DNA of 64,000 bases from an uncultured Acidobacteriota bacterium. Lineage in GTDB: Bacteria; Acidobacteriota; Terriglobia; UBA7540. Within the stretch, counting starts at the first letter, position 1. Each line of letters begins with the position of its first letter. Shown here one piece after another: positions 1 through 12,491 of this stretch. Position numbers and translations under genes: made by a program. Below the pieces are notes generated by a model that did no database searches, had not been told where the DNA came from, and saw only the letters and a program-made list of their open reading frames with translations. The DNA lies in assembly GCA_963804995.1 (NCBI GenBank), contig CAWDSK010000005.1, positions 416,001-480,000 on the forward strand, written 5' to 3'.

Positions 1-56
1 GCGCCACGGTGGCTACTGCAAAACCGCTAGGTTTGCCTACATCCTGCGCGAGCCTA

Positions 57-1061
57 AAGCATTTCCATAAATAATGTAGCTTTCAAAATGCGGATGCTTG
101 TGGCAGAGTGGGGGCATGCGAGCCATACCTGTACCCATCCGCAAGCGCATTCTGGAACTTTACGAGCGGGGCAAGAGCACGCGGGAGATCGCGCAGTTTT
201 CCGGCTTCTGTGTGGCGGCGGTGCGCCGCGTGCGCCAGCAGTTTCGGGAGCGCGGCACACTGGAGCCCCAGACGCATCGGTGTGGGCGCAAGACCCTGCT
301 CACGGAAGAGCGGAAACAGCGGCTGCGCGAACTCTTAGCGGCGCAGTCCGATGCCACCCTGGCGGAGTTGGGCGCCCGCCTGGATCGCCCTTTCCGCACC
401 TCCACGATCGATCTCTGGTTGCGGCTCCTAGGCTGGAAGTTTAAAAAAAACTCTGGCCGCCGCCGAACGCGACCGACCCGACGTGGCCGCAAGAAGGACC
501 GGCTGGCCTGAGCAGTGGGCCGCCCAATCGGTGGCGGCGCTGGTGTTTGTGGACGAAAGCGGAGCCAACACCCAGATGACGCGCCTGCGGGGCCGTGCCT
601 TGGGCGGCCAAAGACTGCTGGCGCGCGTTCCGCACGGGCACTATCAGACCAGCTCGTTGATTTCGGGCGTCCGCCTGGAGGGTCCCTGCGCCCCGTGGTT
701 GTTTGATGGCCCGAGGAACGGCGAGATGTTTTTGGCCTGGGTCCGGCAAGGATTGACCCCCACGCTACGGCCCGGCGACGTGGTGATCCTGGACAACCTG
801 AGCACGCATAAGATCCGGGGGGTGCGCGAGGCCATCGAAGCCGCCCGCGCGCGCCTGCTCTATCTGCCGCCTTATTCGCCGGACTTCAACCCCATCGAGC
901 CGATGTGGAGCAAGATCAAACAGATCCTGCGTAGCCACGCTCCGCGCAGCGAAGACGAACTGCTGCGGGCGGCCCAGAGCGCCTTTAACTCGATATCCAC
1001 CGCCGATTGCAAGGGCTTCTTTTTTAGCGCCCGATGCGCTACATAATAAATGGAAATGCTC
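57..1061 (+). mobile_element. IS630-family insertion sequence
   Basis: Imperfect 24-bp terminal inverted repeats (AAGCATTTCCATAAATAATGTAGC at 57-80; GCTACATAATAAATGGAAATGCTC at 1038-1061), each flanked by TA (55-56, 1062-1063). They enclose a split transposase. Confidence 0.93.
116..1046 (+). CDS. IS630 transposase in two overlapping ORFs (HTH part 116-511; DDE part to 1046) joined by a +1 shift at TTTAAAAAAAAC (440-451)
   Basis: ORF A has HTH-like repeats. ORF B has VFVDESG, ILDNLSTHK and LYLPPYSPDFNPIE, the IS630/DDE_3 signatures. Confidence 0.9.
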
Positions 1062-1312
1062 TAAGTGTGGAAGCGTGAAGCGCCAGGGTAATAGCCAGTC
1101 GAACGGACAATAGCGCCACCTTCGGCTAACTGGTGAAACAATCTATACGGAGGTGCAAAGCGCATGGGGAGAGAACAGACGGACACAAAGTCAATGACCA
1201 GGGGTAACCTCTGGGTGCGGTAATCTCCCCCTTCGCAAGCATAACCCCGGTAAATCAACCCTTGTAAAGGGAAAAGCCCGTTGCTGTGAATGCCTGCAAA
1301 ACCTGGATGGCC

Positions 1313-1783
1313 TCAATGCGTCGTGGCGTGGGTGCTGGGCTCAGGCGCGCTGGAAAACAGACCTTCTTCGGCGTGATGGTTGGTGGGCTTCCCCACGGCG
1401 CGACGAGTGATGACATTGTCCACAGCGCTGCGGACCACGTAGGCGAGGTCGGTGGCCGTGAAGGGTGGCGCGATGAAGTCAAACGCCCCGGCTTCGATGG
1501 CCTCCACGTAAAAGCGGGTGTCCACGACCCGCGAGACGACTATCACGTTGACGTGCCGCGCGGCCTTTTCTGCTACGGCCAGTAAATCAGCCCAGGTACC
1601 ATCAGGCATTTGGGTGTCGGTAAAGACGAGGGGAGCGGGATTCAGCCCGCCCAGCATACGCCTTGCCTGCGCGCAGGATTCGGCTTGGGTCACGCGGAGT
1701 CCCTGGTGCTCTAGGGCAGCCTTCAGCAAGCGGAGGGTGTCAGAGTTTTGGTGGACGAGTAACGCGGAAGTGCTTTCCTTCAT
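1313..1783 (-). CDS. Atypical response-regulator receiver protein
   Basis: CheY-like pattern (FTDTQMPDG, VIVVS, AIEAGAFDFI). The acidic pair and terminal Lys are degenerate. Confidence 0.8.
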   Translation of the reverse strand: MKESTSALLVHQNSDTLRLLKAALEHQGLRVTQAESCAQARRMLGGLNPAPLVFTDTQMPDGTWADLLAVAEKAARHVNVIVVSRVVDTRFYVEAIEAGAFDFIAPPFTATDLAYVVRSAVDNVITRRAVGKPTNHHAEEGLFSSAPEPSTHATTH

Positions 1784-2259
1784 AAGTGCTTCCTCATGTA
1801 TGAACCGGCCTCGATTCGTTCAGATTTGACGATTCGTTGTTTCCGGATGACGCAACGGCCTTGTCCGATCAGCGCGAGCTCGACCCTGCGCCCGGTCCGG
1901 AAACCAACCTCCGTCTCCATCGCGGCATTCTCCCCTTGCCATAAACCCTGGCGAGCCCAGGCGTCAACATCTCGCTGCCTGGTTCCTCCACTTCCATCCC
2001 GAATTCAGATGGTTTCCAAAACGACTCTCCCGCCTTACATTCGGGGTCGAACAGTGGCTATCAATCCTCGACCTGATCGACGCCGAAATCGCACCACCCA
2101 TCGCATTGAAAATCGACAAGATGGTTTTGATCAAGCGCTAGCCTCGGGAACCCGTGTGTGTACAAGTTCGGGCCCAGGGCTCAAGCAGCCTCCACTTCAA
2201 CGTTCTCCCGGGAGGTTCTCAATTCTCTCGGCGTTCTCTGCCGAGAGACCTGCCCGAAA

Positions 2260-2472
2260 CTATCGCAGGGTCACCTTAAAGCTCTTTTTCTCCTGGGAGA
2301 TATCAACCTTCTCTTCCCGAGCCAGCCAGCCCAGAGCGAACACCACGAGCTCACCCGAGCCATTGAGCTTCTTCTTGATTTGGGCCAGTGTCTGTGGTCC
2401 GTTGTCGTTCAAAAAATGCCAAATCTTTCCAGCCGCTTCACCTACTTGACCGTTGATTTCCACTTCCACCAT
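2260..2472 (-). CDS. Small winged-helix protein (DUF2582-like)
   Basis: VGEAAGKIWHFL...FALGWLAREEK motif; GGAGGA RBS before the ATG at 2472. Confidence 0.85.
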   Translation of the reverse strand: MVEVEINGQVGEAAGKIWHFLNDNGPQTLAQIKKKLNGSGELVVFALGWLAREEKVDISQEKKSFKVTLR

Positions 2473-3097
2473 TCCTCCTGTGTATATTCGGCAATTGAGG
2501 CCGTTAACTTTAGATTTTCTTTCACAGCGCTCTTTCGGACACACCTAACCCACTAACTGAGGAGAAATTCCTCAGCTGTGAGGTTTGACATAGTCCCTGA
2601 CGGGGATCACCGGCTTACGGTGAGGTCAGCTTGGGGTACGCTCCAGTTCGTGAGAACTTATGCCGGTGATGCTAAAATCGTACACAATCAATCCGTAAGA
2701 ATCTAGTGTAATAAACAATTGCCACTTTGACAAACAAAAAATAGTTATAGTTCAGATAAGGTGCAATGAATTCATGTGAGTGGTGCGACGTGAAGTCGGC
2801 ATGTCGTATATCTAACCGCCACTCAACTCCCGGATGACGGGCGACTCGGAAGTTGTTATGGACAGCGTCGTGAGGACGATCCTCCATGATGCCGAGGGGC
2901 ATCGGTCCTGCGTGACGCCACAGGGTTTACCGACCGCCTGGGTAATCATCCCAACTGACCCCTTCCGATTTTTCTTGCCGGTTGACCATCATCTAACGTT
3001 TCACTTTTAGGGGACAGTTCCGGTATGCTATTGCCCTTGGGGAAGTTCGCACCCTTTGCCAGAGAAGTTAAGTCAGCGACTCGTGCTTGCCGGAGGG

Positions 3098-4279
3098 ATG
3101 ATGATTCGCAGGGTGATTTTCATGTTCGCGCTTATCTCCCTCGGAGGGGTTGGAGCCCGGGCGCAGCAGGCCACTACCGGGGCGTGGCAGTTTGCGGTTT
3201 CGGGCGATTCGCGCAACTGCGGTGACGTAGTGATGCCGGCCATCGCGCAAAGCGCGCTCGCGCACGGTGTGAAATTTTACTGGCACCTCGGTGATTTCCG
3301 GGCCATGTCCGCACCCGATGAGGACATGCAGGCGCTCTATGGCAAGGGCTTGGGCATGGACGAATACAAGCTCATGGCCTGGGGCGATTTCGTGTCGAAC
3401 CAGGTTGCCCCCTTCGGCCTGCTCCCCGTCTACCTCGGCATCGGCAATCACGAACTCATCAAGGTCGGTGACAAGACCAAGACCCCGGCGGAAAGAGAGG
3501 CCCAAAGCCGCACGGATTTTCGCGCGCAGTTTGCCTATTGGCTCAACCGGCCGGAGATTTTCAGGGACCGCCCGAGCGATATGACTGAGACAGCCACCCC
3601 CTACTTCCACTGGAAAACCCAACAAGTGGAGTTCATCTTCCTCAACAACGCCAGCGCTGATGGGTTTGGAGACGCGCAGATGAAATGGTTGGAAGACGTG
3701 CTGGCGCGCGACAAAGCCGATCCCGGCATTAAAACCCTCGTGGTGGGAATGCACCGCGCGCTGCCCAACAGCCTGGGCTGCGCTCACAGCATGAATGGTG
3801 ACCCCGTCGCTCCCAACGCCGCCAATCGCCAGAGCCGGGAGGAGGCCAACCGATTGAGCCTGGAGAGCGGCCGCCAAGCGTATGGTGATATCGCCCGCTG
3901 GGGGCAGGAAACGGGCCGGCCTGTGTACGTCCTAGCCAGCCACTCGCATTTTTATATGGCGGATATTTTTCAGACCGACTATTGGAAAAACCGGCACGAG
4001 GTCTTAAGAGGCTGGATTGTGGGCACCGCAGGCGCCAAGCGCAACGCCTTGCCACCGGATTTGCCGCCCGCTGCCGTCGCCAAGGCTTTCATCTATGGCT
4101 ATCTGCTGGCCACGGTCCAGCCGGACGGGAAGATCACGTTTGAGTTTAAGGAAATCACGGAGAAGGATATTCCTCAACCTGTGCTGGCCCGCTACGGAAA
4201 AGATTTCGTCGACCAATGCTTCGTCGAGAATCGTGACCCGACGCCCCACGTACCCGTGGAGTCCTGCCAGGATAAGTGA
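3098..4279 (+). CDS. Secreted calcineurin-like metallophosphoesterase
   Basis: Signal peptide; motifs GDSR, HLGDF, GNHE, MH, SHSH. Confidence 0.8.
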   Translation: MMIRRVIFMFALISLGGVGARAQQATTGAWQFAVSGDSRNCGDVVMPAIAQSALAHGVKFYWHLGDFRAMSAPDEDMQALYGKGLGMDEYKLMAWGDFVSNQVAPFGLLPVYLGIGNHELIKVGDKTKTPAEREAQSRTDFRAQFAYWLNRPEIFRDRPSDMTETATPYFHWKTQQVEFIFLNNASADGFGDAQMKWLEDVLARDKADPGIKTLVVGMHRALPNSLGCAHSMNGDPVAPNAANRQSREEANRLSLESGRQAYGDIARWGQETGRPVYVLASHSHFYMADIFQTDYWKNRHEVLRGWIVGTAGAKRNALPPDLPPAAVAKAFIYGYLLATVQPDGKITFEFKEITEKDIPQPVLARYGKDFVDQCFVENRDPTPHVPVESCQDK

Positions 4280-4353
4280 CCCCCAGCCGCACCGATTCAA
4301 GCCGGGAGTTTTTGGCACTGCCCTTATCAGGAAGACCACTTCATGTTTTCAGC

Positions 4354-4478
4354 ACCACCCCGTCGCTCGGGGCGCCACCCCTCCTCATCTGAGGAGGGGA
4401 GTTTTTAAAGCGGAACTCCCTTCCTGATTTCCGTGGCACCGAAGGCGCCGGGGTGGTTACTGTGGCGACGGGGTGGTA
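4354..4478. repeat. REP-like palindromic element (ACCACCCCGTC...CCCCTCCT/AGGAGGGG...GACGGGGTGGT)
   Basis: Terminal inverted repeat with an internal hairpin, between convergent genes. Confidence 0.65.
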
Positions 4479-4587
4479 GCGCGCACTGAGGCGGCCTGTC
4501 AGGTCTGTCATGGTGCGGTCAACAACTGTTTTCTGCCTTCTGCTTTCTGCCTTCTGCCTACTGCTCTACTCCCCACCCTCCGCAGAC

Positions 4588-7230
<2,643 letters not shown>

Positions 7231-7589
7231 GGGCAACCTTCTTTAAGCATCGCGAAACCAGGCACAGCCCGGCGACGCGTGCTCAGTGAGTACTTGCTGA
7301 AACCCTGAGAACTATTAATCTTCAACGTTCCGCGCAGGGTTGTCAATTCGTGCTATCCCCGCCGCCACCATGCACCTCTGACTGTTCGCGACTTGTGGAT
7401 TCACGGGTGGCGCATACATTGTTCTTTATGTGTGCGTCCCTCGGCGTTCTTCACGTTTGACCCTCCCGCGGTAGAGTGCTACAAACTAGGTGTGCGAGGT
7501 GGAGGAGCGCTCTGCCCCCTACCGAGAGTAGAATATCGAAGCGGCCTGAGATTCTGAAAGTGGGGAATTTTCCTGCGAGGAGGTAACGT

Positions 7590-8564
7590 ATGAAGCGACG
7601 AGATTTTCTAAGGAAAGGGACTGCGGCGGCGGCCGGATTGGCAGCGTCAAAGAAAATGTTTGATCCCCGGGCGACGGCGGGCACGACTGCCAACTCTGCG
7701 CCTATTCCCAAACGCCGATTGGGGAAGACCGGCGCCGAGCTTTCCATCATCGCCATGGGCGGAATCGTCGTGATGGATACGGAGCAGTCCTTCGCCAATA
7801 ACCTTGTGGCGGAAGCCTTCGACCGCGGCATCAATTACTATGACGTGGCGCCTGAATATGGCAATGCGCAAGAGAAGCTGGGACCGGCGCTGGAACCCTA
7901 TCGAAAGCGCTCCTTCCTCGCCTGCAAGACGCTGATGCGCGATAAAGAGGGCGCGGCCAAGGATCTGGAAGACTCACTGCGCAAACTACGCACCGATCAC
8001 GTCGACCTCTACCAGTTCCACGCCGTGACCACGAAAGAGGATGTCGAAAAAATCTTCGGCCCCAGCGGCGCCATGGAAACCTTCCAGGCGGAGCGGCAGG
8101 CCGGCAAGGTGCGCTTCATCGGTTTTTCGGCGCACTCCGTTGAGAACGCGCTCGCCATGCTCGATCACTACAATTTTGACACCATCCTCTTCCCCATCAA
8201 CTTCGTCCTCTTCTCACAAGCCAACTTTGGACCGCAGGTGGTGGCGCGCGCGCACGAGAAAGGCATGGGCATCCTGGCATTGAAGTCCATGGCAAAGACC
8301 ACCTGGCCTGCCACCCAGAAGAAGGGGCATCCTCATTCCAAGTGCTGGTATCAGCCGGCCGCGCTGCCGGATGAAGCCTCATTGGGATTGCGCTGGACGT
8401 TGTCGCGCCCCATCACGGCGGCGGTGCCTCCCGGCGATGAACAGTACTTCCGCCTGGCGATGGACGTCGCGCAGAAGTTCGAGCCCATCAAGCCGGAAGA
8501 AGAGAAAACGCTTCTCGCAGGCGCTAGGGGCGTCGAACCGCTCTTCCACTTGGCGAAGGCATGA
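7590..8564 (+). CDS. Aldo/keto reductase with Tat signal
   Basis: MKRRDFL twin-arginine motif; RRLGKTG, YDVAPEYG, SLRKLRTDHVDLYQFH, IGFSAH; GGAGG RBS. Confidence 0.9.
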   Translation: MKRRDFLRKGTAAAAGLAASKKMFDPRATAGTTANSAPIPKRRLGKTGAELSIIAMGGIVVMDTEQSFANNLVAEAFDRGINYYDVAPEYGNAQEKLGPALEPYRKRSFLACKTLMRDKEGAAKDLEDSLRKLRTDHVDLYQFHAVTTKEDVEKIFGPSGAMETFQAERQAGKVRFIGFSAHSVENALAMLDHYNFDTILFPINFVLFSQANFGPQVVARAHEKGMGILALKSMAKTTWPATQKKGHPHSKCWYQPAALPDEASLGLRWTLSRPITAAVPPGDEQYFRLAMDVAQKFEPIKPEEEKTLLAGARGVEPLFHLAKA

Positions 8565-8650
8565 GGTAGCAGGTATCGTGGGGAACCCCTCGGGGCGCTA
8601 AGAGTGCATGAGCTTGCAGCAGGCCCTCTTTCCTTCCTATACTGAGAGAC

Positions 8651-8935
8651 GTGAATGTCCGGTTCTACATCGATTCTGCCACAGGCCAGCCGCACATTCT
8701 TAAGCACGGTGTGGAAGAGGAAGAGGTCGAGCAGGTTCTGGCTGATCGGGGGGAGGATCGCCCGGGGCGAGAGGGCTCCCGCATAGCGATTGGCCAGACG
8801 GCGGAGGGCCGGTACCTGAAAGTTGTTTACGTCCGCGACCCGAGGCCAGACACTGTTTTCGTGATTACCGCGTACGAGTTGCAAGGCAAACCTCTTTTTG
8901 CATATCGCAGGCGGCTGAGGAGAAGATATCAATGA
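8651..8935 (+). CDS. BrnT/DUF4258-like toxin
   Basis: HILKHGV..EEVEQV, IAIGQT..GRYLKVVY, FVITAY; overlaps its partner gene (ATGA). Confidence 0.75.
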   Translation: MNVRFYIDSATGQPHILKHGVEEEEVEQVLADRGEDRPGREGSRIAIGQTAEGRYLKVVYVRDPRPDTVFVITAYELQGKPLFAYRRRLRRRYQ

Positions 8936-9153
8936 AACGAAATCGCTTTCCCGCCGGCTGGGATGAGGAGCGGGTTCGCAGCGTTCTAACGCATTACGAA
9001 AAGCAGTCTGAGGATGAGGCGGTCGCAGAAGACGAGGCCGCATTCCGGCTACGGGGTCAGACTGTAGTCGTCGTCCCCAAACGCCTCGTCCCCGAAGTGA
9101 CTCGGCTAATCGAGATGCGGCGAACCCGTAGCAGCAGGACGTTGGGTCGTTAG
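8932..9153 (+). CDS. Putative antitoxin partner
   Basis: 73-aa ORF translationally coupled to the toxin-like gene. Confidence 0.65.
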   Translation: MKRNRFPAGWDEERVRSVLTHYEKQSEDEAVAEDEAAFRLRGQTVVVVPKRLVPEVTRLIEMRRTRSSRTLGR

Positions 9154-9248
9154 TGTGAACCATCACACCTTAGTTATCTTGCTGAGAGTTCCAGTGACTC
9201 TAATCCAAAATCCAAAATCTAAAATCCAAAATCAACAACGAGGCCGCA

Positions 9249-11009
9249 ATGAATCCTCCCCGTGCAGACGAATTCCCTAACCTCCGCAGCCGCGACTGGT
9301 TTGGCAAGCGCGATCGTTGGGGCTTGGCGCATCGCGCCTGGCTGCGCGCGGAGGGCTTCACGGACCGTGTGTTCGAAGGCAAGCCGGTCATCGGCATCTG
9401 CAATTCCTGGAGCGAGCTGAACAACTGCAACGCCCATCTGCGCACCGTGGCGGAGGCCGTCAAGCGCGGCGTGTGGGAGGCGGGAGGTTTCCCGCTGGAG
9501 TTCAACACCATCTCGCTGGGCGAGATGCTGATGAAGCCCACCACCATGCTCTACCGAAACCTGATGGCGATGGAGGTGGAGGAGTGCATCCGCGCTTATC
9601 CCCTGGATGGCGTCGTGCTGCTGTGCGGTTGCGACAAGACCACGCCGGCGCAGCTAATGGGAGCCGCCAGCGTGGATGTGCCCGCGCTGATGGTGCCGGG
9701 CGGGCCGATGCTGCGCGGCATGTGGCACGGCAACGAGCTGGGCTCCGGCACCGATGTTCGCCGGCTGTGGGAGGAAGTTCGCGCCGGCCGTCTGGGAGAA
9801 GAGGAGTGGTGCGAGATTGAAAGTTGTGTGTCGCGCAGCACCGGCCACTGCACGGTCATGGGCACTGCCTCCACCATGGCCAGTCTGGCGGAGGGCCTGG
9901 GTATGACGCTTCCCGGCGCCGCGGACATTCCCGCCGCCGACTCGCGCCGCATGATGATGGCTGAGCAGAGTGGCGGGCGCATCGTCGATATGGTCAAGGA
10001 AGATCTGCGGCCTTCGCGCATCATGACGGACGCGGCCCTGGAGAATTCCATCCGCCTGCTTATGGCCCTGGGAGGATCGACCAATGCCATGGTGCATCTG
10101 GTGGCCCTGGCGGGGCGCTTGGGGTTGGAACTCCCGCTGACGTTATTCGATGAGCTCGCCCTCACGACGCCGTTCATCGCCAATGTGAAACCTTCCGGAA
10201 AGTATCTGATGGAAGATTTCAGCTATGCCGGGGGTGTGCCCGCCGTGCTGAAGGAAATCAGCCCGCTGCTGCATTTGGATGTGATCACCGCCACAGGCAA
10301 GACCCTGGGTGAAAACCTGAGTCGGGCGGCTTGCTTCAATCGCGCCGTGATCAGACCTCTATCGGAGCCCCTTCTCCCGCAAGGGGGAGTAGTAATCTTG
10401 AACGGGAACCTGGCCCCGCAGGGCGCGGTCATCAAGCAGTCCGCAACCTCACCCCACTTGATGAAGCATCGCGGGCGCGCCGTGGTGTTCCAGAACAACC
10501 GGGATTTGCTGGAGCGCATCGACAACCCGGATTTAAAGGTCGATGAAAATTCCGTGATGGTGCTGAAGAATTCCGGCCCCAAGGGGGCTCCGGGCATGCC
10601 GGAATGGGGGCACCTGCCCATCCCCGCGAAACTTCTTAAAGCCGGCGTAAAAGATATCGTCCGCATCAGCGACGCGCGCATCAGCGGCACCAGCTTCGGG
10701 ACCATCGTGGTGCACATCTCACCGGAGTCGGCCGTGGGCGGGCCTCTGGCGATAGTTCAGGATGGCGATGAGATTGAGTTGGATGTGGCCGCAAGACGCT
10801 TGGAGCTTCGCGTATCTGACGCGGAAATCAAATCACGACTTTTAGATTGGAAACCACCCGCCCCGCATTACACGCGCGGTTACGGAAAGCTGTTTCTCGA
10901 CCACATTCTGCAAGCCCACGAGGGGTGTGACTTCGATTTCCTGCGGGGCGCCGACCGCGAGGCAGGCAACGCGACGCCGCTAAAACGCTTTCCCAATCCC
11001 GCACTGTGA
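9249..11009 (+). CDS. IlvD/Edd-family dehydratase (sugar-acid dehydratase-like)
   Basis: SELNNCN, CGCDKT, GHCTVMGTASTM, GGSTN, SDARISGT. Confidence 0.92.
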   Translation: MNPPRADEFPNLRSRDWFGKRDRWGLAHRAWLRAEGFTDRVFEGKPVIGICNSWSELNNCNAHLRTVAEAVKRGVWEAGGFPLEFNTISLGEMLMKPTTMLYRNLMAMEVEECIRAYPLDGVVLLCGCDKTTPAQLMGAASVDVPALMVPGGPMLRGMWHGNELGSGTDVRRLWEEVRAGRLGEEEWCEIESCVSRSTGHCTVMGTASTMASLAEGLGMTLPGAADIPAADSRRMMMAEQSGGRIVDMVKEDLRPSRIMTDAALENSIRLLMALGGSTNAMVHLVALAGRLGLELPLTLFDELALTTPFIANVKPSGKYLMEDFSYAGGVPAVLKEISPLLHLDVITATGKTLGENLSRAACFNRAVIRPLSEPLLPQGGVVILNGNLAPQGAVIKQSATSPHLMKHRGRAVVFQNNRDLLERIDNPDLKVDENSVMVLKNSGPKGAPGMPEWGHLPIPAKLLKAGVKDIVRISDARISGTSFGTIVVHISPESAVGGPLAIVQDGDEIELDVAARRLELRVSDAEIKSRLLDWKPPAPHYTRGYGKLFLDHILQAHEGCDFDFLRGADREAGNATPLKRFPNPAL

Positions 11010-11141
11010 TCGGTGCTTCCCCGCCCCCAAGGGGCTGCTGGGCTGTGTTAGGTCGCCTGGTTGGGGCATGTTCACAAGATAGGACACCACCCGCGCCAAG
11101 CGGGATATTGTACTTTTCTGCACATTAATGTACACTTTTCC

Positions 11142-11370
11142 CTAGTGTCGTGTCCCAGAAGTTCGCTGAAAAAGTCTCACTGGGTTCAAAGGCGACCCCC
11201 TCACCCCCCGGCCCCTCTCCCCCAAAGGGGCGAGGGGAGAGTTAATCTGAATTTGTCGCCCTCGCCCCTTTGGGGGAGAGGGTGGACCGCCACCGGCGTT
11301 TTCATCAGCCGGGGCGGGACGGGTGAGGGGGTTCTCTAATAATCAGCGAACTTCTGAGACACGACACTAG
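11142..11370. mobile_element. MITE-like element, copy 1 (CTAG-bounded 28-bp TIRs enclosing CCCTCACC/CCCTCTCCC palindromes)
   Basis: CTAGTGTCGTGTCCCAGAAGTTCGCTGA...TCAGCGAACTTCTGAGACACGACACTAG (27/28 match); related copy at 40744-40970. Confidence 0.85.
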
Positions 11371-11383
11371 GGAGACCCACAAG

Positions 11384-11617
11384 ATGAAGACCGTCACCTT
11401 CACCGAATTTCGCAAGAGCGCCTCCGCCGTGCTGGATCGCGTGGAAAGAGGCGAGAGCATTTATATCGTGCGCCACAAGAGAGCCATTGCCAAAATCGTG
11501 CCGGCGGCAGGGCAGGGCCACCCGGAACCTGCGTGGAAGCGCCCCGGTCCTTGCCTGGTGGTACCCGGGGCCTCACTCAGCCGGGCCCTGCTCGCGGAAA
11601 GACGGTCGATGCGATGA
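11384..11617 (+). CDS. Phd/YefM-type antitoxin
   Basis: MKTVTFTEFRK..SAVLDRVERGESIYIVRH; coupled to a PIN gene. Confidence 0.85.
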   Translation: MKTVTFTEFRKSASAVLDRVERGESIYIVRHKRAIAKIVPAAGQGHPEPAWKRPGPCLVVPGASLSRALLAERRSMR

Positions 11618-12036
11618 ATGTCTTCTTAGACTCCTCTGCGCTCGCCAAGCGTTACGTCAAGGAGCCGGGGAGCGGCCGGGTGGAACAAATCTTGTCTGCT
11701 GCATCGTCGCTCGGCCTCTCCGCGATTTGCCTGTCGGAAGTTGTCTCCGGATTGTGCAGGCTTCGGCGCGAGGGGAAGCTCTCCCCGCAACAATACGCCG
11801 AAAATAAATGGGCGCTGATCCAAGACGTGGAGGATTCCGTCATCATCCACATCACAGACCAGGTTGTCGCACGTGCCGTCGAGCTGCTGGAGCGTTGGCC
11901 GCTGCGCTCGTCTGATGCCTTGCACGTGGCTTGCGCGGCAGAGTGGGCGGCGGACTTGTTCGCATCCGCCGACGAGCGGCAGTGCAAGGCGGCACGGGGT
12001 TATGGACTGCGAGTCGAAGTGGTGCGCGCCAGTTAA
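11614..12036 (+). CDS. VapC-like PIN-domain toxin
   Basis: VFLDSSALAKRY, E, LRSSDALHVA, SAD acidic residues; ATGA overlap with the antitoxin. Confidence 0.88.
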   Translation: MNVFLDSSALAKRYVKEPGSGRVEQILSAASSLGLSAICLSEVVSGLCRLRREGKLSPQQYAENKWALIQDVEDSVIIHITDQVVARAVELLERWPLRSSDALHVACAAEWAADLFASADERQCKAARGYGLRVEVVRAS

Positions 12037-12088
12037 GGGGCGGCGCCGCACTTTTTGCTTACTCAACCTCGCACGATAGAAATTGAAA

Positions 12089-12150
12089 TCATAGTCCTCT
12101 CCGAGGGGTCGCAGATTCGCCGTGGCGGAAGAGGGTGGACTGCAACCGGC
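12089..12150. repeat. Partial CCCTCTCC-type REP with a mini-palindrome insert
   Basis: Similar to the copies at 29282, 32801 and 56798. Confidence 0.65.
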
Positions 12151-12491
12151 GTACTGTAGAGGTGGCGAAGAAATTGCAGATACAAGCGTAATAAAATGTA
12201 GGAGCGAGGACAATAGTTTGCAGGCAAACAGAAAGAAACACTACCACGCCCGCGTCGATAGACACCAGCAAGCTACTGGCTAGCCATCCCGCCGGGCGCG
12301 GCTGCACGCAACCTGCAGGGTGCACTCATGCGAGGATGATCCTTATACCCTCGCACTCAGCCACAACAACACAATCTTCAGGATTGACGATTTTCCTTTT
12401 TTACCGCCCCTCAGTCCTCACGGCGGCAAGATTTCAAATCCTTTCGATCCGTAACGCCCGCGACGCCGGACATGCGCACGGCGCTCCAACC

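Noticed and set aside
1796..2449. 217-aa plus-strand ORF
   Set aside because: Ser/Arg/Pro-rich, no motif, and it overlaps the antisense wHTH gene.
8651..12150. Integron cassette array (TA genes plus palindromes)
   Set aside because: No integrase, no consistent RYYYAAC/GTTRRRY attC ends, and the modules are dispersed.
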